Source: Eledone cirrhosa
Lineage: Eukaryota
Direction: 5' to 3'
Length of the DNA: 64,000 nt
NCBI GenBank assembly: GCA_964016885.1
Contig: OZ024744.1
Span: forward strand, 110,856,001-110,920,000
Shown here: piece by piece, positions 1 through 14,200 of the stretch
How positions within the stretch are numbered: the stretch's first letter is position 1
How the letters are laid out: each line of letters opens with the position of its first letter
Position numbers and translations under genes: made by a program
The notes under the pieces: generated by a model
Databases searched by the model: none
Told to the model about the DNA's origin: nothing
Seen by the model: only the letters and a program-made list of their open reading frames with translations

Positions 1-2610
1 GAAAACAGTAGAACTACACAATCCACTATAAGTTACCTTGCCCTGAACACATTAAAACTACACGATCCACTATAACTTACCTTGCACTGAACACAGTAAA
101 ACTACACTATCCACTATAAATTACCTTGCTCTGAACACAGAAAAAATACACAATCCACTATAACTTAACTGGCCCTGAACACAGTAAACTACAGAATCTA
201 CTATAACTTACCTTGCCAAGAACAAAGTAAAACTACGTAATCCACTATACCTTACCTTGCCCTGAACACAGTAAAACTACACAATCCACTATAGCTTACG
301 TTGTTCTGAACACAGTAAAACTACACAATCCATTCTAGCTGACTTTGCACTGAACACAGAAAAACTACACAATCCACTATAACTTACATTGCCATGAACA
401 CAGTAAAAATACACAATCCACTATAACTTAACTGGCCCTGAACACAGTAAACTACAGAATCTACTATAACTTACCTTGCCCAGAACAAAGTAAAACTACA
501 CAAACCACTATAAATTACCTTGCTCTAAACACAGTAAAACTACACAATCCACTATAACTTACCTTGCCCTGAACACAGTAAAACTACACAATCCACTATA
601 ACTTAACTGGGCCTGAACACAGTAAAACTACACAATCCACTATAAATTACCTTGCCCTGAACACAGTAAAACTACACAATCCACTATAACTTACTTTGCC
701 ATCAACACAGTAAAACTACACAATCCACTATAACTTACCTTGCCCTGAACACATTAAAACTACACAATCCACTATAACTTACCTTGCCCTGAACACAGTA
801 AAACTACACAATCCACTATAAATTACCTTGCCCTGAACACAGTAAAACTACACAATCCACTATAACTTAACTGGCCAGGAACACAGTAAAACTACACAAT
901 CCACTATAACTTACCTTGCTCTGAACACAGTAAAACTACACAATCCACTATAACTTACCTTGCCCTGAATACAGTAAAACTAAACAATCCACTATAACTT
1001 ACATTGCCCTGAACACAGTAAATCTAATTAATTCACTACAAACTTACCTTGCCCTGAACACAGTAAAACTACACAATACACTATACCTAAAATCTAATTA
1101 ATGCACTACAAACTTACCTTGCCCTGAACACAGTAAAACTACACAATCCACTATAAATTACCTTGCCCTGAACACAGTAAAACTACACAATCCACTATAA
1201 CTTAACTGGCCCTGAACACAGTAAAACTACACAATCCACCATACCTTACCTTGCCCTGAACACAGTAAAATTACACAATCCACTATAACTTAACTGGCCC
1301 TGAACACAGTAAACTACAGAATCCACTATAACTAACCTTGCCCAGAACAAATTAAAACTACGTAATCCATTATACCTTACCTTGCCCTGAACACAGTAAA
1401 ACTAAACAATCCACTATAGCTTACATTGCTCTGAACACAGTAAAACTACACAATCCACTATAGCCTACCTTGCCCTGAACACAGTAAAACTACGTAATCC
1501 ACTATAACTTACCTTGCCCTGAACACAGTAAAACTACAGAATCCACTATAACTTACCTTGCCCAGAACAAAGTAAAACTACGTAATCCACTATAACTTAC
1601 CTTGCCCTGAACACAGTAAAACTACACAATCCACTATAGCTTACCTTGCCCTGAAAACACTGAAACTACACAATCCACTATAACTTACCTTGCCCTGATC
1701 ACAGGAAATCTACAGAATCACTATAACTTTTTTTGCCCTGAACACAGTAAAACTACACAAACCACTATAAATTACCTTGCTCTAAACACAGTAAAGCTAG
1801 ACAATCCACTATAACTTTCCTTGCCCTGAACACAGTAAAACTACACAATCCACTATAACTTAACTGGCCCTGAACACAGTAAAACTACACAATCCACTAT
1901 AACTTAACTGGCCCTGAACCCACTAAACTACAGAATCCACTATAACTTACCTTGTTCTGAACACAGGAAAACTACACATTCCTCTATAACTTAACTGGCC
2001 CTGAACACAGTAAAACTACACAATCCACTATAACTTACCTTGCCCTGAACACAGTAAAACTACAAAATTCACTATAACTTGCATTGCCCTGAACACAGTA
2101 AAACTACACAAACGACTATAAATTACCTTGCCCTGAACACAGTAAAACTACACAATCCACTATAGTTTACCTTGCCCTGAACACAGAAAAACTACTTAAT
2201 TCACTATAACTTACCTTGCCCTGAACACAGTAAAACTACACAATCCAATATACCTTACCTTGCCCTGAACATAGTAAAACTACACAATCCACTATACCTT
2301 ACCTTGCCCTTAACACAGTAAAACTACACAATCCACTATAGCTTACATTGCTCTGAACACAGTAAAACTACACCTTCCACTATAGCTTAGCTTGCCCTGA
2401 AAACAGTAGAACTACACAATCCACTATAAGTTACCTTGCCCTGAACACAGTAAAACTACACGATCCACTATAACTTACCTTGCACTGAACACAGTAAAAC
2501 TACACAATCCACTATAAATTATCTTGCTCTGAACACAGTAAAACTACACAATTCAATATAACTTACCTTGCACTGAACACAGTAAAACTACTTAATTCAC
2601 TATAACTTAC

Positions 2611-2660
2611 CTTGCCCTGAACACAGTAAAACTACACAATCCACTATAACTTACCTTGCC
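2611..2660 (-). other. Splice-site-like motif pair within the monomer (example copy): donor AAG|GTAAGT and acceptor TTTTACTGTGTTCAG|G
   Basis: The reverse complement reads GGCAAG (2660-2655) GTAAGTTATAGTGGATTGTGTAGTTTTACTGTGTTCAG (2654-2617, 38 nt) GGCAAG (2616-2611). The match to MAG|GTRAGT and YAG|G is direct. The confidence refers to functional use, which is unproven. Confidence 0.3.
2617..2660 (+). repeat. Representative perfect consensus monomer (44 bp)
   Basis: Read directly: ctga acacagtaaa actacacaat ccactataac ttaccttgcc. Composition 17A, 14C, 10T, 3G (about 39% GC). Confidence 0.97.
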
Positions 2661-5469
2661 CTGAACACTGTAAAACTACACAATCCAATATAACTTACCT
2701 TGCCCTGAACACAGTAAAACTACACAAACTACTATAAATTATCTTGCCCTGAACACAGTAAAACTAAACAATCCACTATACCTTACCTTGCCCTGAACAC
2801 AGTAAAACTACTTAATTCACTATAACTTACCTTGCCCTGAACACAGTAAAACTACACAATCCACTATACCTAACATTGCCCTGAACACAGTAAAACTACA
2901 CAATCCACTATAACTTACCTTGCTCTGAACACAGTAAAACTACACCATCCACTATACCTTACCTTGCCCTGAACACAGTAAAACTACACAATCCACTATA
3001 ACTTAACTGGCACTGAACACAGTAAACTACAGAATCCACTATAACTTACCTTGCCTAGAACAAATTAAAACTACGTAATCCACTATACCGTACCTTGCCC
3101 TGAACACAGTAAAACTACACAATCCACTATAACTTACTTTGCCCTGAACACAGTAAAACTACACAAACAACTATAAATTACCTTGCTCTAAACACAGTAA
3201 AACTACACAATCCACTATAACTTAACTTGCCCTGAACACATTAAAACTACACAATCCACTATAACATACCTTGCCCTGAACCCAGTAAAACTACACAATC
3301 CACTATAAATTACCTTACCCTGAACACAGTAAAACTACACAATCCACTATAACTTACCTTGCCCTGAACACAGTAAAACTACACAATACACTATACCTAA
3401 CCTTGCCCTGAACACATTAATACTACACAATCCACTATAACTTACCTTGTTCTGAACACAGTAAAACTACACAATCCACCATACCTTACCTTGCCCTGAA
3501 CACAGTAAAACTACACAATCCACTATAACTTAACTGGCCCTGAACACAGTAAACTACAGAATCCACTATAACTTACCTTGCCCAGAACAAATTAAAACTA
3601 CGTAATCCAATATACCTTACCTTGCCCTGAACACAGTAAAATTACATAATCCACTATAACTTACCTTGCTCTGAACACAGTAAAACTACACAAACCACTA
3701 TAAATTACCTTGCCCTGAACACAGTAAAACTAAACAATCCACTATAGCTTACATTGCTCTGAACACAGTAAAACTACACAATCCACTATAGCTTACCTTG
3801 CCCTGAACACAGTAAAACTACACGATCCACTATAACTTACCTTGCACTGAACACAATAAAACTAAACAATCCACTATAGCTTACATTGCTCTGAACACAG
3901 TAAAACTACACAATCCACTATAGCTAACCTTGCCCTGAACACAGTAAAACTACACAATCCACTATAACTCACCTTCCCCTGAACACAGTAAAATTACATA
4001 ATCCACTATAACTTACCTTGCTCTGAACACAGTAAAACTACACAAACCACTATAAATTACCTTGCCCTGAACACAGTAAAACTACACAATCCACTATAGT
4101 TTACCTTGCCCTGAACACAGTAAAACTACTTAATTCACTATAACTTACCTTGCCCTGAACACAGTAAAACTACACAATCCAATATACCTTACCTTGCCCT
4201 GAACACAGTAAAACTACACAATCCACTATACCTTACCTTGCCCTTAACACAGTAAAACTACACAATCCACTATAGCTTACGTTGCTCTGAACACAGTAAA
4301 ACTACACCATCCACTATAGCTTAGCTTGCCCTGAAAACAGTAGAACTACACAATCCACTATCAGTTACCTTGCCCTGAACACAGTAAAACTACACGATCC
4401 ACTATAACTTACCTTGCACTGAACACAGTAAAACTACACAATCCACTATAAATTACCTTGCCCTGAACACAGTAAAACTACACAATCCACTATAACTTAA
4501 CTGGCCCTGAACACAGTAAACTACAGAATCCACTATAACTTACCTTGCCCAGAAAAAAGTAAGACTACGTAATCCACTATACCTTACCTTGCCCTGAAGA
4601 CAGTAAAGCTACACAATCCACTATAACTTACCTTGCTCTGAACACAGTAAAACTACACAATCCACTATAGCTTACATTGTTCTGAACACAGTAAAACTAC
4701 ACGATCTACTATAGCTTACCTTGCCCTGAACACAGTAAACTACAGAATCCACTATAACTTACCTTGCCCAGAACAAAGTAAAACTACGTAATCCACTATA
4801 CCTTACCTTGCCCTGATGACAGTAAAGCTACACAATCCACTATAACTTACCTTGCCCCGATCACAGTAAATCTACACAATCCACTATAACTTAACGGGCC
4901 CTGAACACAGTAAAACCATACAATCCACTATAACTTAACTGGCCCTGAACACACTAAACTACAGAATCCAATATAACTTACCTTGCTCTGAACACAGGAA
5001 AACTACACAATCCACTATAAATTACCTAGCTCTGAACACAGTAAAACTACACAATCAACTATAACTTACCTTGCTCTGAACACAGTAAAACTACATAATC
5101 CACTATAACTTACCTTGCCCTGAACACAGTAAAACTACACAATCCACTATAAGTTAACTGGCCCTGAACACAGTAAAACTACACGATCCACTATAGCGTA
5201 CCTTGCCCTGAAAACAGTAAAACTACACGATCCACTATAACTTACCTTGCCCTGAAAACAGTAAAACTACACGATCCACTATAACTTACCTTGCCCCGAT
5301 CACAGTAAATCTACACAATCCACTATAACTTAACGGGCCCTGAACACAGTAAAACCATACAATCCACTATAACTTAACTGGCCCTGAACACACTAAACTA
5401 CAGAATCCAATATAACTTACCTTGCTCTGAACACAGGAAAACTACACAATCCACTATAAATTACCTAGC

Positions 5470-8200
5470 TCTGATCACAGTAAAATTACACAATCACTAT
5501 AACTTTTTTTGCCCTGAACACAGTAAAACTACACAAACCACTATAACTTACGTTGCTCTGAACACAGTAAAACTACACAATCCACTATAACTTACCTTGC
5601 CCTGAACACAGTAAAACTACACAAACCAGTATAAATTACCTTGCCCTGAACACAGTAAAACTACACAATCCACTATAACTTACCTTGCCCTGAACACAGT
5701 AAAACTACACAATCCACTATAAATTACCTTGCTCTAAACACAGTAAAGCTAGACAATCCACTATAACTGAACTGGCCCTGAACACAGTAAAACTACACAA
5801 TCCACTATAAATTACCTTGCCCTGAACACAGTAAAACTACACAATCCACTATAACTTGCCTTACCCTGAACACAGTAAAACTACTTAATTCACTATAACT
5901 TACCTTGCCCTGAACACAGTAAAACTACACAATGCACTATACCTAACCTTGCCCTGAACACAGTAAAACTACACAATCCACTATAACTTAACTGGCCCTG
6001 AACACAGTAAACTACAGAATCCACTATAACTTACCTTGCCCAGAACAAATTAAAACTATGTAATCCACTATACCTTACCTTGCCCTGAACACAGTAAAAC
6101 TACACAATCCACTATAGCTTACATTGCTCTGAACACAGTAAAACTACACAATCCACTATAGCTTACCTTGCCCTGAACACAGTAAAACTACACAATCCAC
6201 TATAACTTACGTTGCCCTGAACACAGTAAACTACAGAATCCACTATAACTTACCTTGCCCAGAACAAAGTAAAACTACGTAATCCACTTTAACTTACCTT
6301 GCCCTGAAAACAGGAAAACTACACAATCCACTATAAATTACCTTGCCCTGATCACACTAAATCTACACAATCACTATAACTTTTTTTGCCCTGAACACAG
6401 TAAAACTACACAAACCACTATAAATTACCTTGCTCTAAACACAGTAAAGCTAGACAATCCACTATAACTTACCTTGCCCTGAACACTGTAAAACTACACA
6501 ATCCACTATAACTTAACTGGCCCTGAACACAGTAAAACTACACAATCCACTATAACTTAACTGGCCCTGAACACACTAAACTACACAATCCATTATAACT
6601 CACCTTGCTCTGAACACAGGAAAACTACACAATCCACTATAACTTAACTGGGCCTGAACACACTAAAACAACACAATCCACTATAAGTTACCTTGCTCTG
6701 AAAACAGTAAAACTACACAATCCACTATAACTTACCTTGCTCTAAACACAGTAAAACTACACAATCCACTATAAATTACCTTGCCCTGATCACAGTAAAA
6801 CTACACAATCACTATAACTTTTTTTGCCCTGAACACAGTAAAACTACACAAACCACTATAACTTACCTTGCTCTGAACACAGTAAAACTACACAATCCAC
6901 TATAACTTACCTTGCCCTGAACACAGTAAAACTACACAAACCACTATAAATTACCTTGCCCTGAACACAGTAAAACTACACAATCCACTATAACTTACCT
7001 TGCCCTGAACACAGTAAAACTACACAAACCACTATAAATTACCTTGCCCTGAACACAGTAAAACTACACAATCCACTATAACTTACCTTGCCCTGAACAC
7101 AGTAAAACTACACAATCCACTATAAATTACCTTGCTCTAAACACAGTAAAGCTAGACAATCCACTATAACTGAACTGGCCCTGAACACAGTAAAACTACA
7201 CAATCCACTATAACTTAACTGGCCCTGAACACAGTAAAACTACACAATCCACTATAACTGAACTGGCCCTGAACACAGTAAAACTACACAATCCACTATA
7301 AATTACCTTGCCCTGAACACAGTAAAACTACACAATCCACTATAACTTGCCTTACCCTGAACACAGTAAAACTACTTAATTCACTATAACTTACCTTGCC
7401 CTGAACACAGTAAAACTACACAATGCACTATACCTAACCTTGCCCTGAACACAGTAAAACTACACAATCCACTATAACTTAACTGGCCCTGAACACAGTA
7501 AACTACAGAATCCACTATAACTTACCTTGCCCAGAACAAATTAAAACTATGTAATCCACTATACCTTACCTTGCCCTGAACACAGTAAAACTACACAATC
7601 CACTATAGCTTACATTGCTCTGAACACAGTAAAACTACACAATCCACTATAGCTTACCTTGCCCTGAACACAGTAAAACTACACAATCCACTATAACTTA
7701 CGTTTCCCTGAACACAGTAAACTACAGAATCCACTATAACTTACCTTGCCCAGAACAAAGTAAAACTACGTAATCCACTATAACTTACCTTGCCCTGAAA
7801 ACAGTAAAACTACACAATCCACTATAAATTACCTTGCCCTGATCACACTAAATCTACACAATCACTATAACTTTTTTTGCCCTGAACACAGTAAAACTAC
7901 ACAAACCACTATAAATTACCTTGCTCTAAACACAGTAAAGCTAGACAATCCACTATAACTTACCTTGCCCTGAACACTGTAAAACTACACAATCCACTAT
8001 AACTTAACTGGCCCTGAACACAGTAAAACTACACAATCCACTATAACTTAACTGGCCCTGAACACACTAAACTACACAATCCATTATAACTTACCTTGCT
8101 CTGAACACAGGAAAACTACACAATCCACTATAACTTAACTGGGCCTGAACACACTAAAACAACACAATCCACTATAAGTTACCTTGCTCTGAAAACAGTA
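5470..8200. repeat. Local tandem block duplication, ~1.3-1.5 kb unit
   Basis: The same ordered variant monomers occur twice. GCTCTAAACACAGTAAAGCTAGAC is at 5731 and 7134 (offset 1403). The segment at 6241 matches 7732 (offset 1491, two extra monomers). Confidence 0.8.
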
Positions 8201-11200
8201 AAACTACACAATCCACTATAACTTAACTGGCCCTGAACACAGTAAAACTACACAATTCACTATAAGCTACCTTGCACTGAACACAGTAAAACTACTTAAT
8301 TCACTATAACTTACCTTGCCCTGAACACAGTAAAACTACACAATCCACTACACCTTACCTTGCCCTGAACACAGTAAAACTACACAATCCACTATAACTT
8401 ACCTTGCTCTGAACACAGTGAAACTACACAATCCACTATAACTTACCTTGCCCTGAACACAGTAAAACTACACAATCCACTTTAACTTACCTTGCCCTGA
8501 ACACTGTAAAACTACACAATCCACTATAACTTACATTGCCCTGAACACAGTAAAACTACACAATCCACTATACCTAACCTTGCCCTGAACACAGTAAAAC
8601 TACACAATCCACTATAACTTACCTTGCTCTGAACACAGTAAAACTACACAATCCACTATACCTTACCTTGCCCTGAACACAGTAAAACTACACGATCCAC
8701 TATAACTTAACTGGCCCTGAACACAGTAAACTACAGAATCCACTATAACTTACCTTGCCCAGAACAAAGTAAAACTACGTAATCCACTATACCGTACCTT
8801 GCCCTGAACACAGTAAAACTACACAATCCACTATAACTTACTTTGCCCTGAACACAGTAAAACTACACAGACAACTATAAATTACCTTGCTCTTAACACA
8901 GTAAAACTACACAATCCACTATAACTTACCTTGCCCTGAACACATTAAAACTACACAATCCACTATAACATACCTTGCCCTGAACACAGTAAAACTACAC
9001 AATCCACTATAAATTACCTTACCCTGAACACAGTAAAACTACACAATCCACTATAACTTACCTTGCCCTGAACACAGTAAAACTACACAATACACTATAC
9101 CTAATCTTGCCCTGAACACATTAATACTACACAATCCACTATAACTTACCTTGCTCTGAACACAGTAAAACTACACAATCCACCATACCTTACGTTGCCC
9201 TGAACACAGTAAAACTACACAATCCACTATAACTTAACTGGCCCTGAACACAGTAAACTACAGAATCCACTATAACTTACCTTGCCCAGAACAAATTAAA
9301 ACTACGTAATCCATTATACCTTACCTTGCCCTGAACACAATAAAACTAAACAATCCACTATAGCTTACATTGCTCTGAACACAGTAAAACTACACAATCC
9401 ACTATAGCTTACCTTGCCCTGAACACAGTAAAACTACGTAATCCACTATAACTTACCTTGCCCTGAACACAGTAAAACTACACAATCCACTATAACCTAC
9501 CATTGCCCTGAACACAGTAAACTACAGAATCCTCTATAACTTACCTTGCCCAGAACAAAGTAAAACTACGTAATCCACTATAACTTACCTTGCCCTGAAC
9601 ACAGTAAAACTAGACAATCCACTATAGCTTACCTTGCCCTGAAAACAGTAAAACTACACAATCCACTATAACTTACCTTGCCCTGATCACAGTAAAACTA
9701 CACAATCACTATAACTTTTTTTGCCCTGAACACAGTAAAACTACACAAACCACTATAAATTACCTTGCTCTAAACACAGTAAAGCTAGACAATCCACTAT
9801 AACTTACCTTGCCCTGAACACAGTAAAACTACACAATCCACTATAACTTAACTGGCCCTGAACACAGTAAAACTACACAATCCACTATAACTTAACTGGC
9901 CCTGAACCCACTAAACTACAGAATCCACTATAACTTACCTTGTTCTGAACACAGGAAAACTACACAATCCACTATAACTTAACTGGTCCTGAACACAGTA
10001 AAACTACACAATCCACTATAACTTACCTTGCCCTGAACACAGTAAAACTACAAAATCCACTATAACTTGCATTGCCCTGAACACAGTAAAACTACACAAA
10101 CCACTATAACTTAACTGGGCCTGAACACACTAAAACAACACAATCCACTATAAGTTACCTTGCTCTGAAAACAGTAAAACTACACAATCCACTATAACTT
10201 AACTGGCCCTGAACACAGTAAAACTACACAATTCACTATAAGCTACCTTGCACTGAACACAGTAAAACTACTTAATTCACTATAACTTACCTTGCCCTGA
10301 ACACAGTAAAACTACACAATCCACTACACCTTACCTTGCCCTGAACACAGTAAAACTACACAATCCACTATAACTTACCTTGCTCTGAACACAGTGAAAC
10401 TACACAATCCACTATAACTTACCTTGCCCTGAACACAGTAAAACTACACAATCCACTTTAACTTACCTTGCCCTGAACACTGTAAAACTACACAATCCAC
10501 TATAACTTACATTGCCCTGAACACAGTAAAACTACACAATCCACTATAGTTTACCTTGCCCTGAACACAGTAAAACTACTTAATTCACTATAACTTACCT
10601 TGCCCAGAACACAGTAAAACTACACAATCCAATATACCTTACCTTGCCCTGAACACAGTAAAACTACACAATCCACTATACCTTACCTTGCCCTTAACAC
10701 AGTAAAACTACACAATCCACTATAGCTTACATTGCTCTGAACACAGTAAAACTACACCTTCCACTATAGCTTAGCTTGCCCTGAAAACAGTAGAACTACA
10801 CAATCCACTATAAGTTACCTTGCCCTGAACACAGTAAAACTACACGATCCACTATAACTTAACTGGCCCTGAACACAGTAAAACTACACAATTCACTATA
10901 AGCTACCTTGCACTGAACACAGTAAAATTACTTAATTCACTATAACTTACCTTGCCCTGAACTCAGTAAAACTACACAATCCACTACACTTTACCTTGCC
11001 CTGAACACAGTAAAACTACACAATCCACTATAACTTACCTTGCTCTGAACACAGTGAAACTACACAATGCACTATAACTTACCTTGCCCTGAACACAGTA
11101 AAACTACACAATCCACTTTAACTTACCTTGCCCTGAACACTGTAAAACTACACAATCCACTATAACTTACATTGCCCTGAACACAGTAAAACTACACAAT

Positions 11201-14200
11201 CCACTATACCTAACCTTGCCCTGAACACAGTAAAACTACACAATCCACTATAACTTACCTTGCTCTGAACACAGTAAAACTACACAATCCACTATACCTT
11301 ACCTTGCCCTGAACACAGTAAAACTACACAATCCAGTATAACTTAACTGGCCCTGAACACAGTAAACTACAGAATCCACTATAAATTACCTTGCCCAGAA
11401 CAAAGTAAAACTACGTAATCCACTATACCGTACCTTGCCCTGAACACAGTAAAACTACACAATCCACTATAACTTACTTTGCCCTGAACACAGTAAAACT
11501 ACACAAACAACTATAAATTACCTTGCTCTTAACACAGTAAAACTACACAATCCACTATAACTTACCTTGCCCTGAACACATTAAAACTACACAATCCACT
11601 ATAACATACCTTGCCCTGAACCCAGTAAAACTACACAATCCACTATAAATTACCTTACCCTGAACACAGTAAAACTACACAATCCACTATAACTTACCTT
11701 GCCCTGAACACAGTAAAACTACACAATACACTATACCTAATCTTGCCCTGAACACATTAATACTACACAATCCACTATAACTTACCTTGCTCTGAACACA
11801 GTAAAACTACACAATCCACCATACCTTACCTTGCCCTGAACACAGTAAAACTACACAATCCACTATAACTTAACTGGCCCTGAACACAGTAAACTACAGA
11901 ATCCACTATAACTTACCTTGCCCAGAACAAATTAAAACTACGTAATCCATTATACCTTACCTTGCCCTGAACACAATAAAACTAAAGAATCCACTATAGC
12001 TTACATTGCTCTGAACACAGTAAAACTACACAATCCACTATAGCTTACCTTGCCCTGAACACAGTAAAACTACGTAATCCACTATAACTTACCTTGCCCT
12101 GAACACAGTAAAACTACACAATCCACTATAACCTACCATTGCCCTGAACACAGTAAACTACAGAATCCTCTATAACTTACCTTGCCCAGAACAAAGTCAA
12201 ACTACGTAATCCACTATATGTTACCTTGCCCTGAACACAGTAAAACTACACAATCCACTATAGCTTACCTTGCCCTGAAAACAGTAAAACTACACAATCC
12301 ACTATAACCTACCTTGCCCTGATCACAGTAAAACTACACAATCACTATAACTTTTTTTGCCCTGAACACAGTAAAACTACACAAACCACTATAAATTACC
12401 TTGCTCTAAACACAGTAAAGCTAGACAATCCACTATAACTTACCTTGCCCTGATCACAGTAAAACTACACAATCCACTATAACTTAACTGGCCCTGAACA
12501 CAGTAAAACTACACAATCCACTATAACTTAACTGGCCCTGAACCCACTAAACTACAGAATCCACTATAACTTACCTTGTTCTGAACACAGGAAAACTACA
12601 CAATCCACTATAACTTAACTGGTCCTGAACACAGTAAAACTACACAATCCACTATAACTTACCTTGCCCTGAACACAGTAAAACTACAAAATCCACTATA
12701 ACTTGCATTGCCCTGAACACAGTAAAACTACACAAACCACTATAAATTACCTTGCCCTGAACACAGTAAAACTACACAATCCACTATAGTTTACCTTGCC
12801 CTGAACACAGTAAAACTACTTAATTCACTATAACTTACCTTGCCCTGAACACAGTAAAACTACACAATCCAATATACCTTACCTTGCCCTGAACACAGTA
12901 AAACTACACAATCCACTATACCTTACCTTGCCCTTAACACAGTAAAACTACACAATCCACTATAGCTTACATTGCTCTGAACACAGTAAAACTACACCTT
13001 CCACTATAGCTTAGCTTGCCCTGAAAACAGTAGAACTACACAATCCACTATAAGTTACCTTGCCCTGAACACAGTAAAACTACACGATCCACTATAACTT
13101 ACCTTGCACTGAACACAGTAAAACTACACAATCCACTATAAATTATCTTGCTCTGAACACAGTAAAACTACACAATTCAATATAACTTACCTTGCACTGA
13201 ACACAGTAAAACTACTTAATTCACTATAACTTACCTTGCCCTGAACACAGTAAAACTACACAATCCACTATAACTTACCTTGCCCTGAACACTGTAAAAC
13301 TACACAATCCACTATAACTTACCTTGCCCTGAACACAGTAAAACTACACAAACTACTATAAATTATCTTGCCCTGAACACAGTAAAACTAAACAATCCAC
13401 TATACCTTACCTTGCCCTGAACACAGTAAAACTACTTAATTCACTATAACTTACCTGGCCCTGAACACAGTAAAACTACACAATCCACTATACCTAACAT
13501 TGCCCTGAACACAGTAAAACTACACAATCCACTATAACTTACCTTGCTCTGAACACAGTAAAACTACACCATCCACTATACCTTACCTTGCCCTGAACAC
13601 AGTAAAACTACACAATCCACTATAACTTAACTGGCACTGAACACAGTAAACTACAGAATCCACTATAACTTACCTTGCCTAGAACAAATTAAAACTACGT
13701 AATCCACTATACCGTACCTTGCCCTGAACACAGTAAAACTACACAATCCACTATAACTTACTTTGCCCTGAACACAGTAAAACTACACAAACAACTATAA
13801 ATTACCTTGCTCTAAACACAGTAAAACTACACAATCCACTATAACTTACCTTGCCCTGAACACATTAAAACTACACAATCCACTATAACATACCTTGCCC
13901 TGAACCCAGTAAAACTACACAATCCACTATAAATTACCTTACCCTGAACACAGTAAAACTACACAATCCACTATAACTTACCTTGCCCTGAACACAGTAA
14001 AACTACACAATACACTATACCTAACCTTGCCCTGAACACATTAATACTACACAATCCACTATAACTTACCTTGTTCTGAACACAGTAAAACTACACAATC
14101 CACCATACCTTACCTTGCCCTGAACACAGTAAAACTACACAATCCACTATAACTTAACTGGCCCTGAACACAGTAAACTACAGAATCCACTATAACTTAC

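Noticed and set aside
1720-1740. T7 run (AACTTTTTTTGCC) as an intrinsic or Pol III terminator
   Set aside because: There is no preceding GC hairpin and no A/B boxes. It is a recurrent 43-bp monomer variant propagated by duplication.
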